Source: Vitrella brassicaformis CCMP3155
Lineage: Eukaryota > Protista > Chromerida
Direction of reading: 5' to 3'
Assembly (NCBI GenBank): GCA_001179505.1
Contig: CDMY01000751.1
Span: 1 to 24,219 of the forward strand
Length of the DNA: 24,219 nucleotides
Shown here: positions 10,601 to 21,509 of the stretch, one piece after another
How positions within the stretch are numbered: position 1 is the stretch's first letter
Layout: every line of letters begins with the position of its first letter
Notes under the pieces: generated by a model
Told to the model about the DNA's origin: nothing
What the model saw: the letters and a program-made list of their open reading frames with translations, nothing else
Databases searched by the model: none
Made by a program: the position numbers and the translations under genes

Positions 10601-12942
10601 TCCAGGGCATCAGGAACTCGTCTACAGTCGTATTATAGCCGTTTCTGTCGAGATGTAGGACCTGAAGCTGTGGCCAGTAGGGAGGCGGATTGGACAGGAT
10701 TTCAGCTACGATGCGAGCACTCAGAGCTGACAAGACAAGTCATAGTTTTATGAATTCACCAGGAAGGCCACCGACCTTACTTGTTCCAGCGCGAAGACCA
10801 GATGAATGCACTCCCCATTTGAGCGGCTCTAGACGATTACCGGAAATCCACAGTTCCATCACTGATAAACGAAAACAACAGGAGGGCACGAGTACCGTAT
10901 GTGTAAGTGTGTGTGTGTGTGTGTGTGCGCGTCTATATAGCTCACTTACGGTTGTCTAGACGTCTCCACCCTGAAGGGATGCGCAAAAGGCGATTGTTTT
11001 GGAGCATCAGTTCCTCCAGCCTAGACGCATCATGACGGTATGAATGTTGACGCACAAGTAAATCGATTATAGTGCTGACGTACTTATAAGGCATGCGCCA
11101 ATCACCCTCAAAATCATGAAAGCCATTTTCATGGAGCCACAACTGTCTCAGAGTATCCATGTGGCTCAGCCACGCCGGAAGAAGGCCTGTGAGTCGATTG
11201 CGTGACAGATCTATGCCCCACACATGCTGGAGATCCTCGAGTGTTGCAGGCAGCTTGTCAACACTGAAAGGAAGATATATAGATACAGCGATCCGTCGCA
11301 CTCTCTGTCTTCCAGTGACCGACCTTGTTCTAGTGATTCGGAGTGAGCGAAGCCCGGAGAGCATATTGAGAGAATCAGGAATAGGACCATAAATGCCCTG
11401 CACATCATGGACACATGCACCAAAAAGGACAACACGCTGTACGATCAGGTCATTTATGTACCTTGCTGTTAGAAATTCTCAGCTCTCGCAGAGAAGTGGC
11501 GTTGCCGTATGCGGCCGGAATGGTGCCTGTGACGTTCTCACAGTCCTTCAGTAAAAATGTGTGGATCTTCGGCAAATTCCACAGAGCCGGCAGCCCGCCC
11601 CTTACGGCCGTGCCAACCATCTGAAACTCCTCGAGCGAGCCACAGTGTTCAAATGCCCCCACAAGTGAAGCCGTAATGTTCTCGCCGTATAGGCTCACTA
11701 TCCGCAGGGTGGTGCATTGAGGGGAAGGGGCGGTTGCAGACGAATTGGCGCCCTGTCCGTGGAAGAGTGAGTGCATGGTGAAGGCCAGTGGGTTGCGAAC
11801 AAGGCTGAGGGCCTCAAGCGACTTGCCGAATATCGTGTGGAAGGATGGTGGCAGGGTGCCCTCCAGCTGTGTGTCGTCTCAGTAAAGCCCCCGGAGATCG
11901 GGCAGGCTGACGATTTCCTCAGGCAATTGGCCGCTCAGACTAACCTGAGATACCCCAGGCAGCCATCAGGAGAAGACAAGAAAGATTGAGCGGCTCGCCT
12001 ATCCTACCAGCTGTATCATTCATTCACCTTGTCCATCTAGAGCAGTCTCAGCTGTGTCATTTCGCCGATTCTCTCAGATAGCCTGCCGTACAGGGGGACA
12101 TTCCACAGCGCGACGCCGAGCAGTCCCTTCAGGTCGTAGAAGGATGCATGTAGCTCCACGCCTCCAGGAGGAAAGATAAGATGGTCAGCGTCCAGCACCA
12201 TAATGTAGCCGTCCACCATCCCATCGCCCCCTCCCACCCATTCGCCCATCGCACCCCTCGTTGAAGGCCCCTTGCGCCCCGTCCGGAAGCGAATGCACAC
12301 GATGAAAGGCAGATCGCACACGCGGAAGACCGCCGCAGCCGCACCCCCTCTCATCTCGATGTTCAGTGAGCGAATGAATTCCCTCAGTGGCCCTCGGGCG
12401 TCATCCTCACACACCATGCAGTCCTCATTTATGATGCCCACTGTCCCATTAGTCTTGTTTGCAGCACTGAAGCCTGCCAGCCCACGCATCGATGTGCGGG
12501 GCATCACGCGCTCCACACCGAATGGCCGACCGACCCCGAATGGCCGGTAACTATGAAGCAGTTGCAGCTTCGCCACAGGTGATATGGCATGGTCGCGCTG
12601 CGGTGATGTACTGGTCGAGATCGCGGGAGTGTCCGCTGAGACTCTGAACCAGTCGCTGCATTGGTGTAGCATATCTGTCTCAGCCGACACGCCATCAGCC
12701 ACATCTCGCGTCAATCCATCGGTAGTCTCAGCGACCTGCAGCTGGCGGGAGGCGGCCGCCAGTGGATGCGATGGATCGCAGCGGCAAGGCTTGTCACACT
12801 GATCTTCCACAGTCGAGGTGCCTGTCGGAGCTGGTCTTCCATCCACTTCACCAGAAGCGAGACCAAGGACGAGGAAGAGTCCAATGCAGAATCTCAACAA
12901 TGAGAGCCGCCGCCGTCTTCGATGCGAGTCACATCGTGCCAT
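4608..12942 (-). CDS. ~2114-codon LRR / EGF / GCC2-GCC3 / ~9-TM receptor-like gene containing two in-frame stops (possible young pseudogene or recoded gene)
   Basis: 28 GT-AG exons with consistent phase: 12942-12028, 11944-11462, 11397-11324, 11263-11084, 11020-10950, 10861-10781, 10726-10189, 10130-10061, 10002-9912, 9817-9693, 9616-9469, 9397-9314, 9248-9128, 9065-8511, 8449-8332, 8240-8068, 7980-7931, 7846-7827, 7746-7656, 7581-7557, 7487-7398, 7309-7014, 6943-6434, 6379-6200, 6109-5112, 5026-4901, 4794-4671, 4615-4608. Signal-like N-terminus LSLLRFCIGLFLVLGLASG (an upstream in-frame ATG exists at 13008). Hallmark motifs: EGHTGPLCGSC, LGFLYNGYRRSFYFWDAVFALRR, RPFDGRSFNILNRME. Confidence 0.85.
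4806..4833. repeat. (CAGA)n microsatellite in a gene 3 intron; representative of many CA/GT, CAGA, CT and TACACA tracts (e.g. ~594-616, ~9819-9850, ~20114-20140, ~22132-22175)
   Basis: Direct reading of the sequence. Confidence 0.9.
6215..8145 (-). other. ~9-helix TM module of gene 3, resembling the protist 'GPCR-related' / TRP_C (fungal Flc/Pkd2-like) membrane domain
   Basis: Nine hydrophobic segments plus the family-type motifs WECL, IHPTVT, DPSIICY, LGFLYNGY..FYFWD.V..LRR and RPF....N..E. Family assignment is from motif recall, not a database search. Confidence 0.7.
9135..9740 (-). other. EGF-like module followed by GCC2/GCC3 (ephrin-receptor-like) Cys-rich repeats of gene 3
   Basis: LCRCKDGWEGRGLNC; CTKCPSGT..KCQACPVG; CVPCPAGTYKTVRSDSVRCERCPGVHVTSPIGSTSRTDCYC. 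Confidence 0.75.
10040..12123 (-). other. LRR ectodomain of gene 3 (~15-17 repeats, many with the plant-type LxxLxLxxNxLxGxLP consensus)
   Basis: Examples: LRELRISNSKGIYGPIPDSLNMLSG, VWGIDLSRNRLTGLLPAWLSHMDT, LRQLWLHENGF, LEELMLQNNRLLRIP, LQFLYLGFNEIEGI. Confidence 0.85.
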
Positions 12943-14469
12943 GGGTGGCGCATCACATATCAGTCGTGGCACACTGACTTGGGTCCCGATCTTGCCCAGC
13001 TGGCGCATCTTTCAGCTCGCAGAGCTTCTGGATGATGGGTGGTCAACGTGTCTGCATGGACAGATGGGATCTACACAGACAGGCACAGAATCGCCGGGTG
13101 ACTGAGTGAGCCACACACACAATACCGCACAGGCAGGCATCTTGCCAGATCTCTGCATTCGTATTGGCTGTCCTTTGTTCTCTGTGCAGGCGGGGCTCTG
13201 TGTGTGTGAACGATACGCAGAGCTGGGGTGTTCCGCAAAGTTGACGAATGCATAATCTGTCTGCGCGTGGGGAAGCACACATGCACAAGTACACGAGGAG
13301 GCGTGCGTCAGTCGCGTGTGGTCTTATCTTGTTCGTGTATGTCAGTCAGGACGTTTCTGTCGATGCTGGCGGTCGGGGCGAGTGCAGGAGGGTTGCTCGC
13401 TTCACGCGCATGCGCGCCCCAGATCTTGCTTGGACACAGGTCAGTAGGCAACGAGAGAGAATAGTGGAATTCGTTCTCGCCTCGGCCTATATTATTCTCT
13501 CTCGGTCTATGTATTGTTATGTACAGCGAGCGGGCAGGACGAAGGACCACCTGGCCGGCTGCCCCACACCCGGTGTGGACGTGCGTGCCCACACGAGGAG
13601 CTCTCATAGATTCTTGGACGTGTGTAGGAATGTCAGACAGCGAAGATTGGTACGTCCATACAGTGCGTAGCTCTGTCCACACACGAAGACACAAACCCCA
13701 TGAGTGCAGTGCTGCGATTCGTTCCTCGTCTGTGCCCGTGAGAGGCTCCCATGTTGGAGAAGGTACACATACATAGGTACACACGCACCGTCTCCCACTG
13801 GGCCACAGACACACAGAAATTCACTTGTGCGTATCATCGCCTCCTGCAGGTGATTTGGATGGATGTGGCCCTTGCGTTGCCCCTATCCATGGCCACCATG
13901 ACGCATCTCATCGACCACTATGTATGTACACACACGCCCATCCATAATGAGCACGCAGACATACCCGTACCCGCCCATCTGTGTGCATACCCTTGCTTCT
14001 CCGTGTGCAGGTGTTGTCAACGCTTTGCCCGTTTTGGATCGGTTCCGATAGAAGCGCGCCAGAGACGCTGACAGCGAGGAAGTACTGACGCCGCACGCAC
14101 GCACATGCCACCTTGCCCACAAACAGATCCATTTGTGTCTCTGTCAGTTGCCGCCGTCTGTGTCTCTGTCTGCATGGCGATGGACAGATAGGGGAGATTG
14201 GTCGTCTGGCGCGGACTCATGTTTCTGCGTGTTGAACGTGGTGGGTGGCGGTGGGTCTAGCGTGCGCGGCCGAAGTAGGTGCGTTTTTGGGCTGGGCTGA
14301 AATGCGTGTGCGCGGGGAGGAAGATTGAGTTATATGTATGCTGGACTCCTCATCCAGACGCGCACTCTCTCTCTCTCTCTCTTTCGCCCTTCCCTCATCC
14401 GTCCATATGCAGTCGATAAGCAACTCACTGACACACTGATGCATTCCACTGAGTAGTGTGAGTGACACA

Positions 14470-14525
14470 CAGCTTATCAACCAGCAAACAAACACTGCAG
14501 CTTATCAACCAGCAAACAAACACTG
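14470..14525. repeat. Perfect 28-bp tandem duplication (x2)
   Basis: CAGCTTATCAACCAGCAAACAAACACTG at 14470-14497 and again at 14498-14525. Confidence 0.95.
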
Positions 14526-15082
14526 CAGCAACCACTAGACGGCACATGGTGGAGACAGGCCGACCGACCCCCGGGATGTCCACCGTCCGTACAGAAGCCG
14601 AGGCTGGCGCATGACTTACAAATATGTACCACAACAGATGGACCGCGCCCCAGACACCAGTCGGCTAGTGTATGTGGTCAGTCGATATATTTAAAGCCAA
14701 GAAATAAGAACTGCCCCCACAAGCAAGCAAAGCCTTTTCGGAGGAGCGAAGCGTAAGGGAAAACGGCCAATCGCAGACACACACGCGCCACGCACTCACT
14801 GCAGCAAAGGAAGGCGCAGACAGAGACGAAAAATACTCAGCAGACGTCCGTCGTAGGCAGGCAGGCAGCCATGTATTGCGTTCATTCAACGGGCCTATCC
14901 TATGTATACCTCTAAGGCCTAATGAGCCCCCTCCCGCCCTCTGTTCCCACTCGTGGGTCGGTCGGGGTCGGGTGGTTATGGGGGAGGGGAAGTGAGACAG
15001 TCGTCACTGCACGTGAGTCTTCCGGACGTCGCGAAAATGGTGAAGTGCTTAAACGTGGCGCAGTTCCTGTGCACACACACAT

Positions 15083-18000
15083 TCAAGAGATTAACAGGTA
15101 AGGCAGGGGGCTGTGATCAAACCCCAGATAGTCTGGTCCCTGAGCTGGGTCGATCGTCAAGCCAAATGTTCTCATGTCGAGGGTGTCGAGGGACTGCATC
15201 TCGCGAAGAAGGTCAAGCCAAAGATTGAATGGCACTTGAGTGATGACGTTGGACCGACGGCCATAGACAGACAGACGGGTAGAATAAGAGTCGAGGGTGG
15301 AGTGTCCCTTTGTCTCACCCAGTGTCTGCGTCATCGGCAGCGTCTCGCTATGGCAAGCATAGCCATCTCCATTGCTGTCGAGCTCTACGAAGTGACGCAA
15401 AAGGTCCTGACACGCCTGCTCATCGCAGGGGACCTCTCGAGGGAGCAATTCCTCCTCTCCTCTCCGGCCTGACCGGGAAGGGGCAGAAAGGGTGTACGTC
15501 ACGGTCTGTCTCTAAAAAATGTGATTGACATCGCTTACAAGGGTCCACTTTGGCGATCATTTCTTTGAGTTGTGACGAGTGGCCATCCAAAGTCAGCCAA
15601 CCGGACGAGCAGATCGGGTTAATGCCTTCAAAGACACACCAACGGCAGATCACTTTTTCTCAATGTTTCAGCTGCGTGTCTCTCTGTGTGTGTTTGAGCC
15701 GACCCGTGTTCAGAACTTTCAGCGTGTCCTTGAGTTCTGTGATCTCTATTGGCAGGCTGCCCAGCAGATTGTTCCTCACCGACAGAATTCGCAGGTTCCT
15801 TGCCTCCCCGACACTGCTGGGAAGGTCCACGATCAAGTTGGAGTCAAAGTAAGCACGAGACAAGAGAGGCAGCTCGAACAGAGAGGATGGCAGGACCTTC
15901 ACAGCTGTAAGAAACAACCATGTGACACAGACGGATGGAGGGGTGCTGCGAGCGCTTGTTCACCAGAGTACTCCCAGATGACCAGCCTTAGATATTTGAG
16001 GTGCTTTCCGATCTCCTCGCTTATCTCAGTCACATTGTGTTTGAGCCTGTCGCCCGCATGCTAATGCAAGCACAGAGAGACAGGAAGAGACAGATATGCG
16101 CGAGAAAAGTGCCGTACACTGTCTGGCTCACTTCCAACTCGGGGTAGAAAGCAGCCACCTATCGAAGAGAACACCAACACACACCACACGCCATTGCTGC
16201 CGCAGCCAGGGCCGTGCCGTGTTAACCTCGAGCGTCGAGTAGTGGCTGATGGCGGCATTGAATGCTTCGATGTCAGTGTCATCCTTCGTCGTCATGACCC
16301 GACAATCACACCTGCAACGAAACACGGCAGGGGGCCGACGAGGGTGTGTATGTGTGTCATTAGTTGTGTCATGTGTCTGTCTCTTGTCTGACGGGATGCG
16401 GAAGCCGGGTAGGATGAAATCCTCGGTTTCCCGCTTGAGGCCTTCGTTTTGGCCCAAGATGGAGTCCGACTCCAGCGGTCTGAACGGCGGTGAGGTCGGA
16501 TAGGTGCAGATATGAAATCCAGGCAGGTGACGGCATACATATCCAGCTGAGACATGTACACACGTACACAGATAGGTACGTGTCTCTCTTCCATGACGGG
16601 TCGCGGTATCTGTATACCTCTCACAGTCTGCATGATGATCCACCCGAAGGGAGCCCAGGCAAGCAAGAGCGATAGCGCAGACACCCATTTCGCAATGAGC
16701 ACGTCCCACACGCGAACCATCGGCACCTTCACTTCGGGTTTTTTTGTGCCCTGACGCGCGGCTGACAGGTCGCTGTTGGCCGGAAGCAGCTCGGACTCCC
16801 GGCGGTCTTCCCGATCGTCCTCCCCTGTGGATATGCTGGTCCTGTGCTCGGATGGGGCCAGGGCGATGCTTACGCGAGTAGCCTTGCGGTCGAGACGTGG
16901 TCTGCTGTCAGATTTGAGGATCGACTGGAGTCGTTTCATCTCTGGCTTCATGTCTGACTGCTCCTCAGATGCTCCCTCGTCAAGGCTGCCACGCTTGCTT
17001 GTCGAGCTCCGCTGGCTGATGGTCGGCGATGAGTCACATGAAGATGAAGAGGCAGCGTGCGGTGAGGCGTCTGCCGCTATCTGTGTGGTTTCGGGTACCG
17101 GCGGGAGGAGGCCCTCTCCTAGCACGTCCAAAAGGCTGTTCCGCTTGGTGGAGCGCCGTCGCCCCTGGTCCTCCGGGAGGTCCGGATCGATGTCGATAAA
17201 AATGTCGACAGCATCGATATGTTCAGGGACGTCAGAGTCAACTGATATGCGTGGCGCTCTTTTGGGCACTTCTTCCTTGCTGCAGTCCTCCTCGGTGTGG
17301 ACGTTCTTGGGCGGTTGATGCGCTTTCAGTGCGTGCAGGAGCAAAACTTCGTGGCGGATACAGATTGGGCTGTCGCCTGCAGATGCAGAAGAGAACGTGA
17401 AGGTCAAGAGAAAGAAAGGCTGGCCGGACTGACCTTCACGCACGATTGACAACTGGCTCCGCCGGCCGACTGAGGCGTGGCTTTCGCTGAAGACCCGATC
17501 CCGCTGCTTTGGTGACACCCGTTTCTCGACGGCAGCGGTATCGCCCTCCTCCTGCAGCTCAAGGTCGTCGAGGCGGGTCGGCATGGACTTGAGACTGTCC
17601 TTCTTGTCTCTTCTGCTAGCCGTAGAGAAGATTGACCACCGCCCTGGCTTCCGCGACTCCACTTTGCTCCGCTTGTCGCTCACATCCGACCGCTGACTCC
17701 TCAGGGCGGGCTGAGGCATGTCTCGCCAGCCAGGCACCGCCAACCGAGCGAGCAGCGAGGGGCGCTGTCCCCCTGGCAGTCCCAACTGAGAGCCACGCTT
17801 GACACCATGGCTAACCCGTCTGGATGAACGTCTTTCAGGAGACCGCTCCACTTTTGGGAACTGGAAATCCGTGTCGAGCCAGTCGTCCAGGTTCCCAAGC
17901 ATACCCAGTTGGTCAAAGAACAACTGTCTACCACCACTGACAAGGGAGCGGTAAGCAAAACCACCGAATCGTTTCTAAATACGACATGCTCGCTTCCGTA

Positions 18001-21000
18001 CCTCTGAAGGCTCGACTTTCTCTTGGATCCCTTCCGTGAGCCCGATTTGCTGTCCCCCGTCTGCCTACGGGATTGGGCTGAGCTCTGGAGCTGGGTTGTC
18101 GGCTTTCGAAAAAAGGCAAAGATGGACTGGCGAATGGCCGTGGATGACGGTCTCGACTCGCGGGATTGTCGTTTGCTGGAGGTGAGTGACACTGCCGGTG
18201 AGCCGCCCCCCGCTTCTTGGCCACCAATCTCCTGAGTATATGATGACAGTTTAATTCCAGCACCGAAGTCATCAACAAAGATGGATACCTGGAATTGCTC
18301 GTAGAACGTAATGCCAGAACGGAGAGAGGGCTTAGTCGCCAGGACGGGGAGCATTGGCCGCTCGCCCGCTTGCTCTGGGCGTGGCAGCGAGAGCGCCGCG
18401 TCGGCCGTTGAGATGCCTTCTTCCGTGGGGCCTCCCTCCTCGCCTTCCTCCATCACAGCCGTCAACGCATGTGTTGGCTTCGCAGACTCCTTCTGAGCCT
18501 CTGCATCCGCTATGGCTTGGTTCACCTCTTGAAGCTGCCCTCGAACAGCCAAAAAGGTGAATTTGCAAAAGGCTTCAGAACCATCGCTTGGCTCACTTAC
18601 ATGCAAGTCGGCCACTCGTCGCTTCTGCCGGGCCTTGTATGAGTAGCTGCCCTGTAGATAAGATAAGACGCACAAGCAGAGATAAAGGCGGTCAAGTCTT
18701 CGGCAGAGAGGCGTCTCTTGCCTTGAGAAGGAGAAGGGCGTCAAGCGTGCGCAAACTCCTGCGGTGACAGGCAGCCCGAAACATGCCTTCTCCCTGCCTG
18801 CGTTGCAAGTTTGCATCCCCTCACCCACCACAGTGCGACAAGGAGGGGAATCACTGAAGAGAGCATCCACAGAATGCCTGTGGACCTCAACCCGAGAAGC
18901 GACGCATGCGAGAAAGGGTTCCAAGAGACACGCGTCTGCAAGAAGCTCCCAGCGACACAGAAAGCGTGCAGGGCATACCTGCAGAGCAAACACAAAATGA
19001 TGCTCATCCTAACGCAGCGGGCGGAAAGTGCACTTCAGGGCGTACAGCAGTGGGAGGACAATGGAGGCAAAGATGGCAAATCCTCGTTGGCTCGTGTAGC
19101 AGAGAAGAGCGACAACCTGCAGGCATAATGAAGCAACACATACACAGTGAATGCAACAGAGGAGTTTGTGCAGCAGGTGGGCTGGGGCAGCTCAGCACAC
19201 CAGGGCGTGAGATGCTGCACACCACAACCAGCAGAGACATGGTCTGGACATCGTTCACTGGCTTGAGTGTCAATCGTGCTGCGAACCTATAATTCCGCCA
19301 AGCGATAGGAACACCTATGGCCACACACACGCACACAGAGTCCACTCGCTTTGGGCGATAACGGCACTCACCGCCGCAGGCGCGGCAGGGATCTCGGTCA
19401 CTGGGAGAGGGAAGAGCTCCAAGCCGCAGTAGCTGATCATCCTGAGGATCTGGAGGACAAGAGTACCCACCTGCACAAACAGATACACACTTGTGTGTTC
19501 CTTATCCACGCGCATGGACAAGTAGAGAGCAGCGCACCTCAAGCACACTGTAGTTGACCCAGAACAGTTTGCCGGTAACTCCCACTGTGAGACATGCACA
19601 CACAGATGGCGGCCAGGGTGCACCGGTGACTTTTCACAGACGCACTTACCGTTGCGCACAATAACCAGCCACACACCATAGGCGAAGTTGCGCGCTTTGA
19701 TCCAAGCGTCCGACAATTGCCGCATCCGGCCGCTCGTGGCCGTGGATGTCGTGCTGTCCTCCTTCGAAGGCTGCACCGTCTCAGCTGCCTACGCAGACAG
19801 ACGATAGAAAGGCAGAGCGAGTGTGTGTGCTTCCCGTACAATCTACCCCGGCGTCGGTGTCATTGGGAGGAAGACAGCGAGGCGTTCGTGACTTGTCTTT
19901 CCCAGTGGTGGTCTCCTCGGGTAACGTTCGATCAGAGGCGTGGGGTGACGTGGCATTAGAGGCGGTTTTCGGCGAGAGGAGGCGCTTCTCACGGGCTTTC
20001 CTGGCCGACTCACTGATCATCGAACCCTCTCTCATGCGTCGGCTGAGTTTCTGCAAAGCATCAAGCAGCCGCACGACACAACCAAGAGCTTGAGCATAAG
20101 CTTTGTTGGCCAGAGTCTCTCTCTCTCTCTCTCTCTCTCTATGTCTTGCATCCGCCGGTCATCGATTTACATCCAGTGTGGCCTTCCACCGCCTGACGTA
20201 CGAGACACAAGAATCACCGTTATGCCGTTGCGCCGCCACTATGCATGTCAGGCTTACTTGAAGTTCCAGTACTACACCCAAGTAAGCAAACAAGGCAGGC
20301 AGGCAGGCAGGCAGACAACGACATGAGCAGTGAAGACAGACTGACGGGCTGCGCAGTCCTTACCTCGACGCACTGTTTCCATCTGATGATGTGTGAGTAC
20401 AGGATGGCGAGGGCGAGCGCGCAGAGGCAGATCCACCCACTGCTGAACCAGAAGCGGTTCCCAGCAGCACCCAAGCGCACATACGCACTCTGTAGTAAGG
20501 ACGCAGGAGAGAGAAGACACATGTGCCTTCCATGATGGATGGATGGATGTGATGGGCGATCCGAGGGCCGACCTTCTTGTAGGCATTCCGCTCGATCTCC
20601 TTTTCCAGGTGGTCCGTCTCGCTCAAGTAGACCGAGCTCTCCTCGTCATCAGGAAGCAGGTAGTCCAGGTGCTGCAGTAATCCATCACCGCAAATGGCAA
20701 ACGTGTGTGTCTCACCGCAGCTGCGCTGCGTACCTCACTGTATGCATACCTGCAGACAACACACATAGGCGCACACGATGGTTGCCGCAGCATTCTTCCC
20801 TCGATCATTCTCTTACGTAAGCGCCATGATCGCCACGAGTGACATGAGGCTCCATGCAAACACGTTGTTGATCGTGGCAACGTCCCACAGCCATGAGGGA
20901 CCGGTGTCCTGCCCCCCAGCTGACGGGGCCGACCCTCTGCTCAGCACCGAGGGTCGGCCAGAGGGGTGGGTAGGGGTGGAGAGTTTTCCGCCACCCGTCG

Positions 21001-21509
21001 CTGCAGACCCAGATCTATGCGTTCGCGCGACGAAGACTGAGCCCGTGCGGATGGACGAGAGCTTCCCATACCAAGCACAAGGGACACAGCAAATGATATC
21101 AGAGACTCAAGGGGGAGATTCTAATGTCTTTGCTTGACAGACAGACAGACTTTGGAAATGATGGAAAGGGCCCGTTGGATCTCCACTGGATCGGCTTTGA
21201 CCATTCCCGACTCCAACGCGGATAAAAACTCCTCACGCACACCTGCGCACACACACACAGACACACACACACAGTGTTGCATAGGCCGCGCACTGAGCCT
21301 CTGGAGCGCCTCTTTTTACCTGTTTGCAACCGCTGTAGGCCCCCAATCGACAGCCGTGTTTCCGGAATGGCCACGAGCTGGTCCATGTCGTCCTCATCCC
21401 ACGAGTGGGGCTCCGCTACGGGCGTTTCTTCCTCCAACGATGATTCAAACGATGACCTCCCCATCATGGCCAGTGACTGCCTCCTCAACGTTCCCAGCCG
21501 AACAGCCAT
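15083..21509 (-). CDS. ~1434-aa multipass membrane protein (about 7-9 TM) with a long Ser/Arg-rich loop, C-terminal LRRs and an EF-hand-like motif
   Basis: 29 GT-AG exons with consistent phase and no internal stop: 21509-21320, 21242-21151, 21061-20817, 20749-20734, 20671-20573, 20489-20364, 20271-20258, 20192-20171, 20050-19847, 19788-19650, 19584-19538, 19470-19372, 19314-19287, 19214-19201, 19116-19034, 18978-18825, 18651-18601, 18534-18289, 18231-18002, 17927-17434, 17376-16618, 16546-16393, 16311-16227, 16158-16132, 16060-15964, 15904-15704, 15625-15539, 15468-15319, 15234-15083. LRRs: VKVLPSSLFELPLLSRAYFDSNLIVDLPSSVGEARNLRILSVRNNLLGSLPIEITEL. An in-frame stop lies just upstream of the ATG at 21509. 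Confidence 0.8.

Noticed and set aside
11879-11881. Selenocysteine at the TGA
   Set aside because: The position is a structural Leu site of an LRR rather than a redox motif, it cannot explain the upstream TAG, and I recognised no SECIS.
11879-12039. Genome-wide stop-codon reassignment explaining the TAG/TGA
   Set aside because: Only 2 internal stops in ~3,900 assembled codons, and genes 1-3 terminate normally on TAG or TGA. A reassigned code would give many more.
17377-18600. Several stop-free 3n introns (18600-18535, 18288-18232, 17433-17377; also 6199-6110) as regulated intron retention
   Set aside because: With ~60 short GC-rich introns, several such cases are expected by chance; no further support.
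18825-18978. Alternative reading frame (RFLCRWELLADACLLEPFL) for this gene 2 exon
   Set aside because: Phase-incompatible with the upstream donor. The chosen frame gives a TM helix followed by a basic KARQKRR stretch.
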